Part shown: positions 39,138 through 51,577 of the stretch, in pieces | Position numbering within the stretch: position 1 is the first letter of the stretch | How the letters are laid out: every line of letters begins with the position of its first letter | NCBI RefSeq assembly: GCF_024223415.1 | Contig: NZ_CP100500.1 | DNA length: 64,000 nt | From: Escherichia coli | Lineage (GTDB): Bacteria > Pseudomonadota > Gammaproteobacteria > Enterobacterales > Enterobacteriaceae | Strand: one strand, 5' to 3' | Program-made: the position numbers and the translations under genes | The notes under the pieces: generated by a model | What the model saw: only the letters and a program-made list of their open reading frames with translations | Told to the model about the DNA's origin: nothing | The model's database searches: none

Positions 39138-40790
39138 TTACTGCCAGCTCACCTCACCTTTCGGTTCATAAACACTCACATCCAGCGGCGAGCTTTTCTG
39201 GATATACGCTTTCAGCACTTCGGCATCAATAAAGCCGGTATTCACATAGCCCGGTTTGTTATCAAGGCGCGGATATCCATCACCGCCGGTGGCATTGAAG
39301 TTTAATGTCGCCATACGGTAAGTTTTCGCTGGATCGACCGGTTCGCCTTTGATTTTAAGGTCGTTCAGTTTGCCGTCTTTCGCCACAAAGCTAACGTTGG
39401 CAAATTGCGGGTAGGCACCTGAATCTGGCTTCATTTGTGCGACGGCTGTCAGGTAATCAATCACCTCTTTACCGGTCATGTCGGCATACACCACCACATT
39501 GCCGAATGGCTGCACTTTCAGCACGTTTTTATAGCTGATATCGCCAGCTTCGATAGAATCACGAATTCCTCCTCCGCTCATCACCGCAAAGTCGGCACCA
39601 GTGCGATCCATTTGTGCTGCCAGAATCAACCGCCCCATATTGGTCTGTACAAAACGCACTTTGTCACGATCGCCTTCCAGACGACCATTGGTTTCGCCTA
39701 TTTTCACTTCCAGCTGCGCTTTGCCTTTGTTCTGGAACGGTGATAACAGCGAGATCATTTGCTGGTTTTCAGCGATTTCCGGGGTGTACAGCACGCGCTC
39801 GCTTTTCCCGTCTTCCCAGGTCACTTTCTTCTTCAGGTTCACCGGAATCAGCTGGTAGTTAACCATTTTCATTTCGCCGTTGCGAAACTCAAAGTCGGCC
39901 CGTCCCACGTATTTGCCCCACTCATGCGCCTGTACAATCCAGATGCCGTTTTGTTGATCCGGTTTGCATGGCGTACCTGGAACGTAATCTACCTGCTTTT
40001 TATTTTCCGCTGCCATACAGACTGGATCTTGCGAGTGACCGCCGACAATCATCGCCAGCGATCCGGCAGGCAACGCGCGTGCCATCTCCACATCGCCCGG
40101 TGCGTTAGAACCGTGATCGCCGTTATCGTAATGCCCCATATGTGTCGCCGCGATAATAATGTCTGGCTTTTCTGTCTGTTGCAGCTCCTGAATCACCAGC
40201 TTCGCTTCATCGGCGGGCTTACGGAACTCAATATCGGTGAAGTTTTCTGGGTTGCCTAACTTCGCTGTGTCATCCGTCGTCAGACCAATAACGGCAATTT
40301 TCAGATCCTGACGCTTAAACAGCGCCCATGGTTTAAACAGGCGCTCGCCGGTACTTTTCTGGTAGATATTGGCAGAAAGTAACGGGAACTTTGCCCACTT
40401 TTCCTGCTGGCGTAATACGGTGAGCGGGTTATCAAATTCATGATTACCGATCGCCATCGCGTCATAGCCCACCAGATTCATACCGCGAAAATCAGGTTCG
40501 GCATCCTGTAAGTCAGACTCGGGCACGCCAGTGTTAATGTCGCCACCGGAAAGTAGCAGCACGCTACCGCCTTCAGCCGCAACCTCTTTGCGGATACCAT
40601 CCACCAGCGTTTTTTGCGCCGCCAGACCATATTCGCCATATTCATTGCGCCAAAAATGCCCATGATGATCATTGGTATGCAGAACTGTAATTTTGTAGGT
40701 TTTATCCTGCTCATACGCCAGAGCAGCTTCACTCGCCAGTGTAAATGTGGTTAACAGTGCTAACGCCACGCCCCGCTGCAATAATTTCAT
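39138..40790 (-). CDS. ushA: UDP-sugar hydrolase / 5'-nucleotidase
   Basis: 550-aa ORF with signal peptide and metallophosphatase motifs (GNHEFD). Confidence 0.95.
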   Translation of the reverse strand: MKLLQRGVALALLTTFTLASEAALAYEQDKTYKITVLHTNDHHGHFWRNEYGEYGLAAQKTLVDGIRKEVAAEGGSVLLLSGGDINTGVPESDLQDAEPDFRGMNLVGYDAMAIGNHEFDNPLTVLRQQEKWAKFPLLSANIYQKSTGERLFKPWALFKRQDLKIAVIGLTTDDTAKLGNPENFTDIEFRKPADEAKLVIQELQQTEKPDIIIAATHMGHYDNGDHGSNAPGDVEMARALPAGSLAMIVGGHSQDPVCMAAENKKQVDYVPGTPCKPDQQNGIWIVQAHEWGKYVGRADFEFRNGEMKMVNYQLIPVNLKKKVTWEDGKSERVLYTPEIAENQQMISLLSPFQNKGKAQLEVKIGETNGRLEGDRDKVRFVQTNMGRLILAAQMDRTGADFAVMSGGGIRDSIEAGDISYKNVLKVQPFGNVVVYADMTGKEVIDYLTAVAQMKPDSGAYPQFANVSFVAKDGKLNDLKIKGEPVDPAKTYRMATLNFNATGGDGYPRLDNKPGYVNTGFIDAEVLKAYIQKSSPLDVSVYEPKGEVSWQ

Positions 40791-41007
40791 ACTTCTCTCC
40801 CTGACCTGATTTCAACGTGTTGAAAAATAGTATGACGCGACATCATAGACAAGTCTGCGTCCGGTGAAGATAAATCTGCATCCAGATTAGAAATTCTGTA
40901 TTCAGCGTTGAGACTTCCTTCAGGCGGCGCATACAGGTATGTTAGTCGGGTAATAATCACAAATAAGATCATTCTTTACATCGCAACCCTGAAAAAGTGA
41001 CTTTCCT

Positions 41008-42228
41008 ATGGCAATGAGTGAACAAACCCAGCCTGTGGCGGGCGCGGCTGCGTCAACGACCAAGGCCCGAACATCGTTTGGTATTTTAGGTGCTATCAGC
41101 CTCTCACATCTGCTGAACGACATGATCCAATCGCTGATTCTGGCGATTTATCCTCTGCTTCAGTCAGAATTTTCTCTGACATTTATGCAGATTGGCATGA
41201 TAACCCTCACCTTCCAGCTCGCCTCTTCGCTACTGCAACCAGTGGTCGGCTACTGGACCGATAAATATCCGATGCCGTGGTCGTTGCCAATTGGCATGTG
41301 CTTTACCTTAAGTGGTCTGGTGCTGCTTGCGCTGGCTGGCAGTTTTGGCGCAGTTCTGCTGGCGGCGGCGCTGGTCGGTACCGGTTCATCGGTCTTTCAT
41401 CCGGAATCTTCTCGCGTGGCCCGTATGGCTTCTGGCGGGCGGCATGGCCTGGCGCAATCAATCTTTCAGGTCGGCGGCAACTTTGGCAGTTCCCTGGGAC
41501 CCTTGCTGGCGGCGGTGATTATCGCGCCTTATGGCAAAGGCAACGTTGCCTGGTTTGTGCTTGCGGCACTGCTGGCGATCGTGGTGTTGGCGCAAATCAG
41601 CCGTTGGTACTCGGCACAGCACCGAATGAATAAAGGAAAACCCAAAGCGACGATTATCAATCCACTGCCGCGCAACAAAGTGGTTCTGGCGGTCAGCATT
41701 CTGTTAATCCTCATTTTCTCGAAATATTTCTATATGGCGAGCATCAGCAGCTATTACACCTTTTATCTGATGCAAAAATTCGGATTATCTATCCAGAATG
41801 CCCAGCTTCATCTGTTTGCCTTCCTGTTTGCCGTTGCGGCAGGTACGGTGATCGGCGGGCCTGTAGGGGATAAAATTGGGCGGAAATATGTGATTTGGGG
41901 CTCTATCCTCGGCGTTGCGCCGTTTACGCTGATTTTACCCTACGCCAGCCTGCACTGGACGGGGGTTTTAACGGTGATTATTGGATTTATCCTCGCTTCG
42001 GCATTCTCTGCCATTCTGGTTTACGCTCAGGAGCTGCTTCCGGGACGTATCGGTATGGTTTCTGGACTCTTTTTCGGTTTTGCTTTCGGCATGGGAGGTC
42101 TGGGAGCGGCAGTTCTGGGGCTTATCGCCGATCACACCAGCATCGAGTTAGTCTATAAAATCTGTGCTTTCCTGCCACTATTGGGGATGTTGACCATATT
42201 CCTGCCTGATAACCGGCATAAAGACTGA
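41008..42228 (+). CDS. fsr: fosmidomycin resistance MFS transporter
   Basis: 406-aa polytopic membrane ORF in K-12 synteny. Confidence 0.9.
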   Translation: MAMSEQTQPVAGAAASTTKARTSFGILGAISLSHLLNDMIQSLILAIYPLLQSEFSLTFMQIGMITLTFQLASSLLQPVVGYWTDKYPMPWSLPIGMCFTLSGLVLLALAGSFGAVLLAAALVGTGSSVFHPESSRVARMASGGRHGLAQSIFQVGGNFGSSLGPLLAAVIIAPYGKGNVAWFVLAALLAIVVLAQISRWYSAQHRMNKGKPKATIINPLPRNKVVLAVSILLILIFSKYFYMASISSYYTFYLMQKFGLSIQNAQLHLFAFLFAVAAGTVIGGPVGDKIGRKYVIWGSILGVAPFTLILPYASLHWTGVLTVIIGFILASAFSAILVYAQELLPGRIGMVSGLFFGFAFGMGGLGAAVLGLIADHTSIELVYKICAFLPLLGMLTIFLPDNRHKD

Positions 42229-42465
42229 TTTCATTGCAGCCAAAGGCAAACTTTGGCTGCATCGTTTTACAGTCGCCATAAGCCTTTCCTCTGTTAAACC
42301 GCCTTCTGTTTTCCGATCCGTGCTTTTTTTGCAGCTAATTCCATTTTTCTGCAAAATTCAATAATTATTCATGAACATCATCAATGAAATTGTCATAAAC
42401 TATTACCTGTAATTTTGGTTTTCCCGGCCAAAAATGGACAATAACCACCAGGAAAAGGAGACGGA

Positions 42466-44142
42466 ATGCATCACGCCACCCCGCTTATCACCACCATTGT
42501 TGGCGGCCTTGTGCTCGCCTTTATCCTCGGCATGCTGGCCAATAAACTACGTATTTCTCCTCTGGTGGGATATCTGTTAGCGGGTGTGCTGGCAGGACCA
42601 TTCACTCCGGGCTTTGTTGCCGATACCAAGCTTGCGCCGGAACTGGCTGAACTGGGCGTTATTTTGCTGATGTTTGGCGTGGGTCTGCACTTTTCGCTGA
42701 AGGATTTGATGGCGGTAAAGGCCATCGCCATTCCCGGTGCGATCGCCCAGATAGCCGTGGCGACGCTGCTGGGTATGGCGCTCTCTGCCGTGCTGGGCTG
42801 GTCGTTAATGACCGGTATCGTGTTCGGTTTATGTCTTTCCACCGCCAGTACCGTGGTGTTACTGCGCGCACTTGAAGAACGGCAATTAATTGACAGTCAG
42901 CGTGGGCAAATCGCCATCGGTTGGTTGATTGTGGAAGACCTGGTAATGGTTCTGACGCTGGTGTTGTTGCCCGCAGTGGCAGGAATGATGGAACAGGGCG
43001 ATGTGGGCTTTGCCACTCTTGCAGTCGATATGGGGATCACCATCGGCAAAGTGATCGCGTTTATCGCCATTATGATGCTGGTAGGTCGCCGTCTGGTGCC
43101 GTGGATTATGGCACGCAGCGCGGCAACCGGTTCTCGCGAGCTGTTTACCCTGTCGGTGCTGGCGCTGGCGTTAGGGATTGCCTTTGGTGCGGTGGAGCTG
43201 TTTGATGTCTCCTTTGCACTCGGTGCGTTCTTTGCCGGGATGGTACTGAACGAGTCTGAACTGAGTCACCGTGCCGCCCACGATACGCTGCCATTGCGCG
43301 ACGCGTTTGCGGTGCTGTTTTTTGTCTCCGTCGGGATGTTGTTTGATCCGTTAATTCTGATTCAGCAACCGCTGGCAGTGCTGGCGACGCTGGCGATTAT
43401 TCTGTTTGGTAAGTCGTTAGCCGCATTTTTCCTGGTGCGACTGTTTGGTCACTCCCAACGTACGGCATTAACTATCGCCGCCAGCCTGGCGCAAATTGGT
43501 GAGTTCGCGTTTATCCTGGCGGGACTGGGCATGGCGCTGGATCTGTTGCCGCAAGCCGGGCAGAACCTGGTACTGGCAGGTGCGATTTTGTCGATTATGC
43601 TCAACCCGGTCCTGTTTGCGCTGCTGGAGAAATATCTGGCGAAGACCGAAACGCTGGAAGAGCAGACGCTGGAAGAGGCAATCGAAGAAGAGAAGCAGAT
43701 CCCAGTGGATATTTGCAACCATGCGCTACTGGTTGGTTACGGTCGTGTAGGCAGCCTGCTGGGGGAGAAATTGCTCGCCTCTGATATTCCGCTGGTGGTG
43801 ATTGAGACGTCACGAACCCGTGTTGATGAGCTGCGAGAGCGCGGTGTCCGCGCAGTATTGGGCAATGCAGCGAACGAAGAAATTATGCAACTGGCGCATC
43901 TGGAATGTGCAAAATGGCTGATCCTGACGATCCCCAACGGTTATGAAGCGGGTGAGATTGTGGCATCTGCCCGCGCGAAAAATCCGGATATTGAGATTAT
44001 TGCCCGCGCCCATTATGACGATGAAGTGGCGTATATCACCGAACGTGGTGCGAATCAGGTAGTGATGGGCGAGCGTGAAATTGCCCGTACTATGCTGGAA
44101 CTGCTGGAAACGCCACCGGCGGGTGAGGTGGTGACGGGGTAA
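42466..44142 (+). CDS. ybaL: CPA2-family cation:proton antiporter with TrkA-N domain
   Basis: 558-aa ORF; membrane domain plus C-terminal NAD-binding domain (LLVGYGRVG). Confidence 0.9.
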   Translation: MHHATPLITTIVGGLVLAFILGMLANKLRISPLVGYLLAGVLAGPFTPGFVADTKLAPELAELGVILLMFGVGLHFSLKDLMAVKAIAIPGAIAQIAVATLLGMALSAVLGWSLMTGIVFGLCLSTASTVVLLRALEERQLIDSQRGQIAIGWLIVEDLVMVLTLVLLPAVAGMMEQGDVGFATLAVDMGITIGKVIAFIAIMMLVGRRLVPWIMARSAATGSRELFTLSVLALALGIAFGAVELFDVSFALGAFFAGMVLNESELSHRAAHDTLPLRDAFAVLFFVSVGMLFDPLILIQQPLAVLATLAIILFGKSLAAFFLVRLFGHSQRTALTIAASLAQIGEFAFILAGLGMALDLLPQAGQNLVLAGAILSIMLNPVLFALLEKYLAKTETLEEQTLEEAIEEEKQIPVDICNHALLVGYGRVGSLLGEKLLASDIPLVVIETSRTRVDELRERGVRAVLGNAANEEIMQLAHLECAKWLILTIPNGYEAGEIVASARAKNPDIEIIARAHYDDEVAYITERGANQVVMGEREIARTMLELLETPPAGEVVTG

Positions 44143-44180
44143 ACGGTGGTTGCCGGATGTAAAATATGAAAAATATGTAG

Positions 44181-44265
44181 GCATGATAAGACGCGCCAGC
44201 GTCGCATCAGGCATCGAGATGCCAAATGCCAGATGCGGCGTGAACGCCTTATCTGGCCTACGAAC
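44181..44265. repeat. REP (BIME) element
   Basis: GCCAGATGCGGCGTGAACGCCTTATCTGGCCTAC REP consensus. Confidence 0.6.
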
Positions 44266-44275
44266 CGACGATAAC

Positions 44276-45580
44276 TTAACGATCCCAGTAAGACTCTTCC
44301 AGGCTGTCTTCACGCTCCGGCAAGCCGCGCGTTAAACGAGGTGAATGCTGGTTCAGTACCTGATAGCTCACACGGTTAGCATATTTACACACCTGCGCTA
44401 ACGATGAATAAGTTAACCAGGTGAATTTATGTTTGCTGGAGTTTGGTACGTTGCTACGGTGGTAGCTGTTGGCGGTAATGTCATGCAGCAACGCTGCCAG
44501 TGCGCCATCCCCTGCTCCGTTGGTGTTCATGATTTTTTCCGGCCCGCCCATGTACGGCGCAATGTGCGAATAGACGCGCAGCGGATTCTGGCAATCCTTG
44601 TGGCGCATGGCGCGGCTAAACTCATACTGGTTGAATTCGGCTATAGCGCCCGGCAGCAACGGATGCTGGGTTTTACGTTTCGCTTCGTCTTCGGTAAAGC
44701 CCGCCATATACAAGCCGATTGGCCCGGCGGTGCACAGCACCAGATCAACCCAGTCCAGTGCCTTGTCAGATGCTAACAACGGATCGCTTTCTCCGGTCAA
44801 CGCTTCGGCTTCATCTTCGTTCATCGCAAGGATAGAGACGTGGTCTTTGAGGAATTGCTGCCACCACTGCGGATTCTCGGCAATGACAAACTTAGTTCCC
44901 AGCGTCAGCACCACCGGTACGTTATATTTCTTCGCGTACTCAATGGCTTTCATGGTTGCTTCCGGCATGGGTTCACCCGGCTTGCAACGCACCAGATAAG
45001 AGGTGAGAACCAGAGCCGAGGCTCCGGCAATCACATCTTCCGGAATACTTTCAGCCCGCAGCTGGTTCATGTGGCCAGGGCTGATAGCAAAGGTACGTTC
45101 CCCGGACTCGCCAATCAGCGTAAAGCAACGACCAATCGGGCCATCCACGCCTTGTAGATAGTTAAGATCGGTACGGCTGGAGGTGTTACACAGGTAACGA
45201 TAGGCATAGCTGCCAATTTCAATATTGCTGCACATGACGCCCAGCAGCACCGAACGGTCGTCCGCGAGCACCGAGTAGTTATGCATGGTGTTACCAATGG
45301 TGCCACCCGCAAACTGATGGGTAATCAGGTTTTTCTGTTTTAGTTCCTGATAAAGCGCTTCGGCTACATCATCCTCAATCACCAGTGAATGCCCGGCGCT
45401 TAATCCATAACGCTCAATGAATTCATCATCCACTTTCGCTTCAATATCGACCAGCGTTTGATCGATACCCACTACCCAGGCGGCGCTGGTTTCGTTTTCT
45501 GGCTGGAATTGCTGAAGCAGCGGATCGCGTGCATTTACGGGGAAGTAATGTTTGGATTTACGTTTACCGGGAAATTTCAT
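44276..45580 (-). CDS. gsk: inosine-guanosine kinase
   Basis: 434-aa ORF in K-12 synteny. Confidence 0.9.
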   Translation of the reverse strand: MKFPGKRKSKHYFPVNARDPLLQQFQPENETSAAWVVGIDQTLVDIEAKVDDEFIERYGLSAGHSLVIEDDVAEALYQELKQKNLITHQFAGGTIGNTMHNYSVLADDRSVLLGVMCSNIEIGSYAYRYLCNTSSRTDLNYLQGVDGPIGRCFTLIGESGERTFAISPGHMNQLRAESIPEDVIAGASALVLTSYLVRCKPGEPMPEATMKAIEYAKKYNVPVVLTLGTKFVIAENPQWWQQFLKDHVSILAMNEDEAEALTGESDPLLASDKALDWVDLVLCTAGPIGLYMAGFTEDEAKRKTQHPLLPGAIAEFNQYEFSRAMRHKDCQNPLRVYSHIAPYMGGPEKIMNTNGAGDGALAALLHDITANSYHRSNVPNSSKHKFTWLTYSSLAQVCKYANRVSYQVLNQHSPRLTRGLPEREDSLEESYWDR

Positions 45581-45731
45581 GGTTGTTTTTACGGGTGGTT
45601 AACTGAGCGGCGAATGTTAACACAATCTGACGGGAGCGCGCGAGACGCAGCCAGTTTCAATATCAGCAGGCGGGATCGCATTTTCATGGCAGTGGTTCCT
45701 TACAATGACGTAATTTGAAAGGAGTTTTTGT

Positions 45732-46691
45732 ATGAAGCCGGAAAACAAATTACCTGTTCTGGACCTTATTTCTGCTGAAATGAAGACCGTTGTGAATACT
45801 CTTCAGCCGGATTTACCGCCCTGGCCCGCAACGGGAACGATTGCTGAGCAACGACAGTATTACACGCTTGAGCGCCGATTCTGGAATGCGGGCGCTCCAG
45901 AAATGGCAACCAGAGCTTACATGGTTCCAACAAAATATGGGCAGGTGGAAACACGTCTCTTTTGTCCGCAGCCAGATAGCCCAGCGACGCTATTTTATTT
46001 GCATGGAGGCGGTTTTATTCTCGGCAATCTCGATACCCACGATCGCATCATGCGCCTGCTGGCAAGCTACAGCCAATGTACGGTGATTGGTATTGATTAC
46101 ACCCTTTCACCTGAAGCGCGTTTTCCGCAAGCGATAGAGGAAATTGTGGCTGCTTGTTGTTATTTCCACCAGCAGGCGGAGGATTATCAAATCAATATGT
46201 CCCGCATTGGCTTTGCCGGTGATTCCGCAGGTGCCATGCTGGCGCTCGCCAGTGCGTTGTGGTTGCGTGATAAACAGATCGATTGCGGTAAAATTGCGGG
46301 TGTTTTGCTGTGGTATGGTCTTTACGGATTACGGGATTCCGTGACTCGTCGTCTGTTGGGCGGTGTCTGGGATGGCTTAACGCAACAGGATTTGCAGATG
46401 TATGAAGAGGCGTATTTAAGCAACGACGCGGACCGCGAGTCGCCGTATTACTGTCTGTTTAATAATGATCTCACTCGCGAAGTTCCGCCCTGTTTTATTG
46501 CCGGGGCGGAGTTCGATCCGCTGCTGGATGACAGCCGTCTGCTTTACCAGACGTTAGCGGCGCATCAGCAGCCCTGTGAGTTCAAACTCTACCCAGGCAC
46601 GCTGCACGCCTTTTTGCATTATTCACGGATGATGAAAACCGCGGACGATGCTCTTCACGACGGCGCTCAGTTCTTTACCGCTCAGCTTTAG
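45732..46691 (+). CDS. aes: acetyl esterase
   Basis: 319-aa ORF with HGGG and GDSAG esterase motifs. Confidence 0.9.
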
Positions 46692-47650
46692 CGATACGCG
46701 GCAACAAGATTAGCCATCATTTCGATATGTTCCGGCGTGGCATTAAGCGCCGGAATATATTCATATTTTTTCCCGCCGGCACCGAGGAAGACCTCACGGT
46801 TTTGCTCGGCAATCTCTTCCAGCGTCTCCAGACAATCCGCAGCAAAGCCCGGGCACATCACCTGAATATGACCTACGCCTTTTTCTCCGAGCATTTTCAG
46901 CGTTTCGTCGGTATAAGGCATCAGCCAGGGTTCCCGACCAAAGCGCGACTGAAAGGTCATCATCACTTTTTCCGGTGCCATCCCCAGTGCGGAAGCCAGT
47001 TCGCGAGTCGTTGTGCGGCAACGTTGCGGGTAATCATCGCCTTCATCTGCATAACGCTGGGGAATGCCATGATAAGAGAGCAGCAGCAGATCCGGTTCGC
47101 CATGTTTGGCAAAAGAAGCGCGTACGCTGTTCGCCAGTGCATTAATGTAATCGTGGTTATCGGCGTAATCACGTATAAACGATATCCCCGGAATGCTACG
47201 TTTGCGCGCCAGAATGCGTGCAAGTTCATCCCATACCGCACCGACCGTAGAACAGGAGAATTGCGGATAAAGCGGCAGCACCACAATATGATCTACATGC
47301 TCTGCCAGGAGTTCATCTACGGCGCTTTCCAGTGATGGCGAGCCGTAGCTCATTCCCAGCGCTACGGGCGTCTCCGGTAAACGTTGTGCCAGCGCCTGCT
47401 GTTGCTGGCGGCTGTAAACCATCAGCGGCGAGCCACCTTCCATCCAGACAGAGGCATACAGCTTCGCCACACGCGGCGAGCGCAGCGGCAAAATCACGCC
47501 ACGCAGCAACGGCCACCATAACAACCGTGAGGTATCAACCACGCGTCTGTCGCTTAAAAATTGTTTCAGATAGCGTTTTACCGCTTCAGGTGTGGGGGCA
47601 TCGGGCGTACCCAGGTTTGCCAGCAGGATACCGGTTTTAGTCTGACGCAT
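46688..47650 (-). CDS. hemH: ferrochelatase
   Basis: 320-aa ORF in K-12 synteny. Confidence 0.9.
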
Positions 47651-47781
47651 TACCGCCTCTTATCGATTCAACTTGTTGATAATTGTAGCGGAAAAGTGAG
47701 GAAGAAGAACTAATTGCTGTGAGAGGTATTGCCTGAGGTGGATGAGCAGACCTGCCCGAAAGCAGATCTGCTGCGGCTTGA

Positions 47782-48498
<717 letters not shown>

Positions 48499-48606
48499 TC
48501 AAGAAAGGCACCAGGGGCTAAAACGGTTAATGGCGAGATAATTTGCGGAAAGTGCAGATAATGAAAAGAAAAATGCCGGATGACACGAAGGTCATCCGGC
48601 ATTACA

Positions 48607-50481
48607 TCAGGAAAGCAGCAGCTGGTTCATACGACGAATAAACAGGTTCGGATCTTCCAGCGTGCCGCGTTCTGCCAGCAGCGCCTGATCCAGCAGCAGT
48701 TCTACCCACTCGCTGAACTTCGCTTCATCTTCAGTATCTGCCGCACGTTTCACCAGTACGTGATCCGGGTTCAGTTCGAAGATGTATTTCACTTCCGGCA
48801 CTTTCTGGCCCGCTGCGGCAAACAGTTTCGCCATCTGAGTGCTCATTTCGTCCGCATCAGTAGAGACAATCGCTGGCGTATCGGTCAGACGGTGAGTCAG
48901 ACGGACATCTTTCACGCGCTCGCCGAGCAGGGCTTTCACACGGTCGATGAACGGAGTCAGTGCTTTCTCCGCTTCTTTCGCGCTCTCATCAACTTCGTCA
49001 GCCAGTTTTTCCAGCGACTCGTCAACTTTAGACACCGACTGGAACGGTTTACCGTCGAACTCAGTCAGATAGTTCATCATCCACTCATCGATGCGGTCGG
49101 AAAGCAGCAGAACTTCGATGCCTTTCTTACGCAGCAGTTCCAGGTGCGGGCTGCTCTTCGCTGCCGCATAGCTGTCTGCAGTGATGTAGTAGATTTTCTC
49201 CTGCCCTTCTTTCATGCGGGAAACGTAGTCTTCCAGAGACACGGTCTGCGCAGAAGAATCGGTATGAGTAGAAGCAAAACGCAGCAGTTTGGCGATCGCT
49301 TCCTGGTTAGCGAAATCTTCCGCCGGACCTTCTTTCAGTACCAGGCCAAACTGTTGCCAGAAGGTCTGGTATTTTTCCGCGTCGTCTTTCGCCAGTTTTT
49401 CCAGCATTTGCAGCACACGCTTGGTCAGCGCATTGCGCAGGTTACGCGTTACCGTGCTGTCCTGGAGGATTTCACGGGAAACGTTCAGCGGCAGATCGCT
49501 GGAGTCAATCAGACCACGCACGAAGCGCAGATAGTTCGGCATGAACTGTTCTGCGTCGTCCATGATGAACACACGCTGAACATACAGTTTCAGACCGTGT
49601 TTATGATCACGGTTCCACATATCCCACGGAGCCTGGGACGGGATGTACAGCAGGCTGGTGTACTCCTGCTTACCTTCAACACGGTTGTGGCTCCAGGTCA
49701 GCGGATCGTTAAAGTCGTGGGCGATGTGTTTGTAGAACTCTTTGTACTCTTCATCGGTGATTTCCGACTTGTTACGAGTCCACAGCGCCTGCGCTTTGTT
49801 GATTTTTTCCCAGGAGATAACGGTTTCGCCGTCTTTCTCTTCGCGTTTTTCGATCTCTACCGGCAGCGCGATATGGTCGGAGTATTTGCTGATGATGGAA
49901 CGCACGCGCCAGTCATCGAGGAACTCGTCTTCGCCTTCACGCAGATGCAGGGTGATTTCAGTACCACGATCTTCTTTGGTGATGTCGGCAACGGTGTATT
50001 CACCTTCGCCAGCCGATTCCCAGAAGACGCCATTTTCTGGTTTTTCGCCTGCCGCGCGAGTACGCACGGTCACTTTGTCGGCCACGATAAACGCAGAGTA
50101 GAAACCAACACCAAACTGACCGATCAGCTGGCTGTCTTTCGCCTGGTCAGAACCCAGGGATTCGAGGAATGATTTGGTACCGGATTTAGCGATAGTCCCC
50201 AGATGGTCAATCACTTCGTCGCGGGTCATCCCCACGCCGTTATCGGAGATGGTCAGCGTGCGCTTGTCTTTATCGAAAGAGACACGAACGCGCAGTTCGC
50301 CATCACCTTCGTACAGGTCCGGGTTAGAGAGCGCACGGAAACGCAGCTTGTCCGCCGCATCGGAGGCGTTAGAGATAAGCTCACGCAGGAAGATTTCTTT
50401 ATTGGAATAGAGAGAATGGATCATCAGGTGCAGAAGCTGTTTCACTTCTGACTGAAAACCACGAGTTTCTTGTCCTTTCAT
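48607..50481 (-). CDS. htpG: Hsp90-family chaperone
   Basis: 624-aa ORF starting [42 protein letters not shown]. Confidence 0.95.
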   Translation of the reverse strand: MKGQETRGFQSEVKQLLHLMIHSLYSNKEIFLRELISNASDAADKLRFRALSNPDLYEGDGELRVRVSFDKDKRTLTISDNGVGMTRDEVIDHLGTIAKSGTKSFLESLGSDQAKDSQLIGQFGVGFYSAFIVADKVTVRTRAAGEKPENGVFWESAGEGEYTVADITKEDRGTEITLHLREGEDEFLDDWRVRSIISKYSDHIALPVEIEKREEKDGETVISWEKINKAQALWTRNKSEITDEEYKEFYKHIAHDFNDPLTWSHNRVEGKQEYTSLLYIPSQAPWDMWNRDHKHGLKLYVQRVFIMDDAEQFMPNYLRFVRGLIDSSDLPLNVSREILQDSTVTRNLRNALTKRVLQMLEKLAKDDAEKYQTFWQQFGLVLKEGPAEDFANQEAIAKLLRFASTHTDSSAQTVSLEDYVSRMKEGQEKIYYITADSYAAAKSSPHLELLRKKGIEVLLLSDRIDEWMMNYLTEFDGKPFQSVSKVDESLEKLADEVDESAKEAEKALTPFIDRVKALLGERVKDVRLTHRLTDTPAIVSTDADEMSTQMAKLFAAAGQKVPEVKYIFELNPDHVLVKRAADTEDEAKFSEWVELLLDQALLAERGTLEDPNLFIRRMNQLLLS

Positions 50482-50590
50482 GTAGGTCTACCTCAATAAT
50501 GCCATTTTAAGGTTAAAAACAGGATGAGGGAGAGATGGGGACAAGGGAGAATAATTTCAAGCGAGAGCAGGTGATCCTGCTCTCGTTTGC

Positions 50591-51195
50591 TTAAAAACGA
50601 ATCTTATGACGCCCGGCAAGGGAGTGTGACAGCGTGGTGCCATCGACCATTTCCAGTTCGCCGCCAACCGGTACGCCATGAGCGATTCGGCTGGCTTCCA
50701 CGTCATATTGCGCGCAAAGCTCGGCAATGTAGTTAGCGGTAGCTTCACCTTCAACCGTGGGATTGGTGGCGAGGATCACTTCAGTGATTTTTTCCTCTGC
50801 CAGACGCTGTTCCAGACGATCAAGCCCGATATCATCCGGACCGATGCCGTCCAGCGGTGACAGATGTCCCATCAACACAAAATAACGACCTGAAAACTGC
50901 CCCGTCTGCTCAATGGCGTAAATGTCCGCCGGACTCTCCACCACGCAGATTTGACCGTTTTCCTGACGACGCGGATTCGAACAGATGTTACAGACTTCCT
51001 GTTCGGTGAAGGTGCGGCAATCGGCGCAGTGGCCGATTTCCGACATCGCCCGGGTGAGCGCCTGCGCCAGACGCATCCCGCCGCTACGATCGCGCTGAAG
51101 CAGCGTGAACGCCATACGCTGCGCCGACTTCGGGCCAACGCCCGGCAGACAGCGCAGTGCTTCCATAAGCTGTGTTAACAGCGGGCTGGTTTGCA

Positions 51196-51196
<1 letters not shown>
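50591..51196 (-). CDS. recR: recombination protein RecR
   Basis: 201-aa ORF with C4 zinc finger and Toprim domain. Confidence 0.9.
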
Positions 51197-51540
<344 letters not shown>

Positions 51541-51577
51541 TCACGTTAAGGATGACGAACGTAAGCTGTGCTTACGA

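Noticed and set aside
48580-50172. 530-aa plus-strand ORF
   Set aside because: Antisense to htpG, which is unambiguous; typical long shadow ORF.
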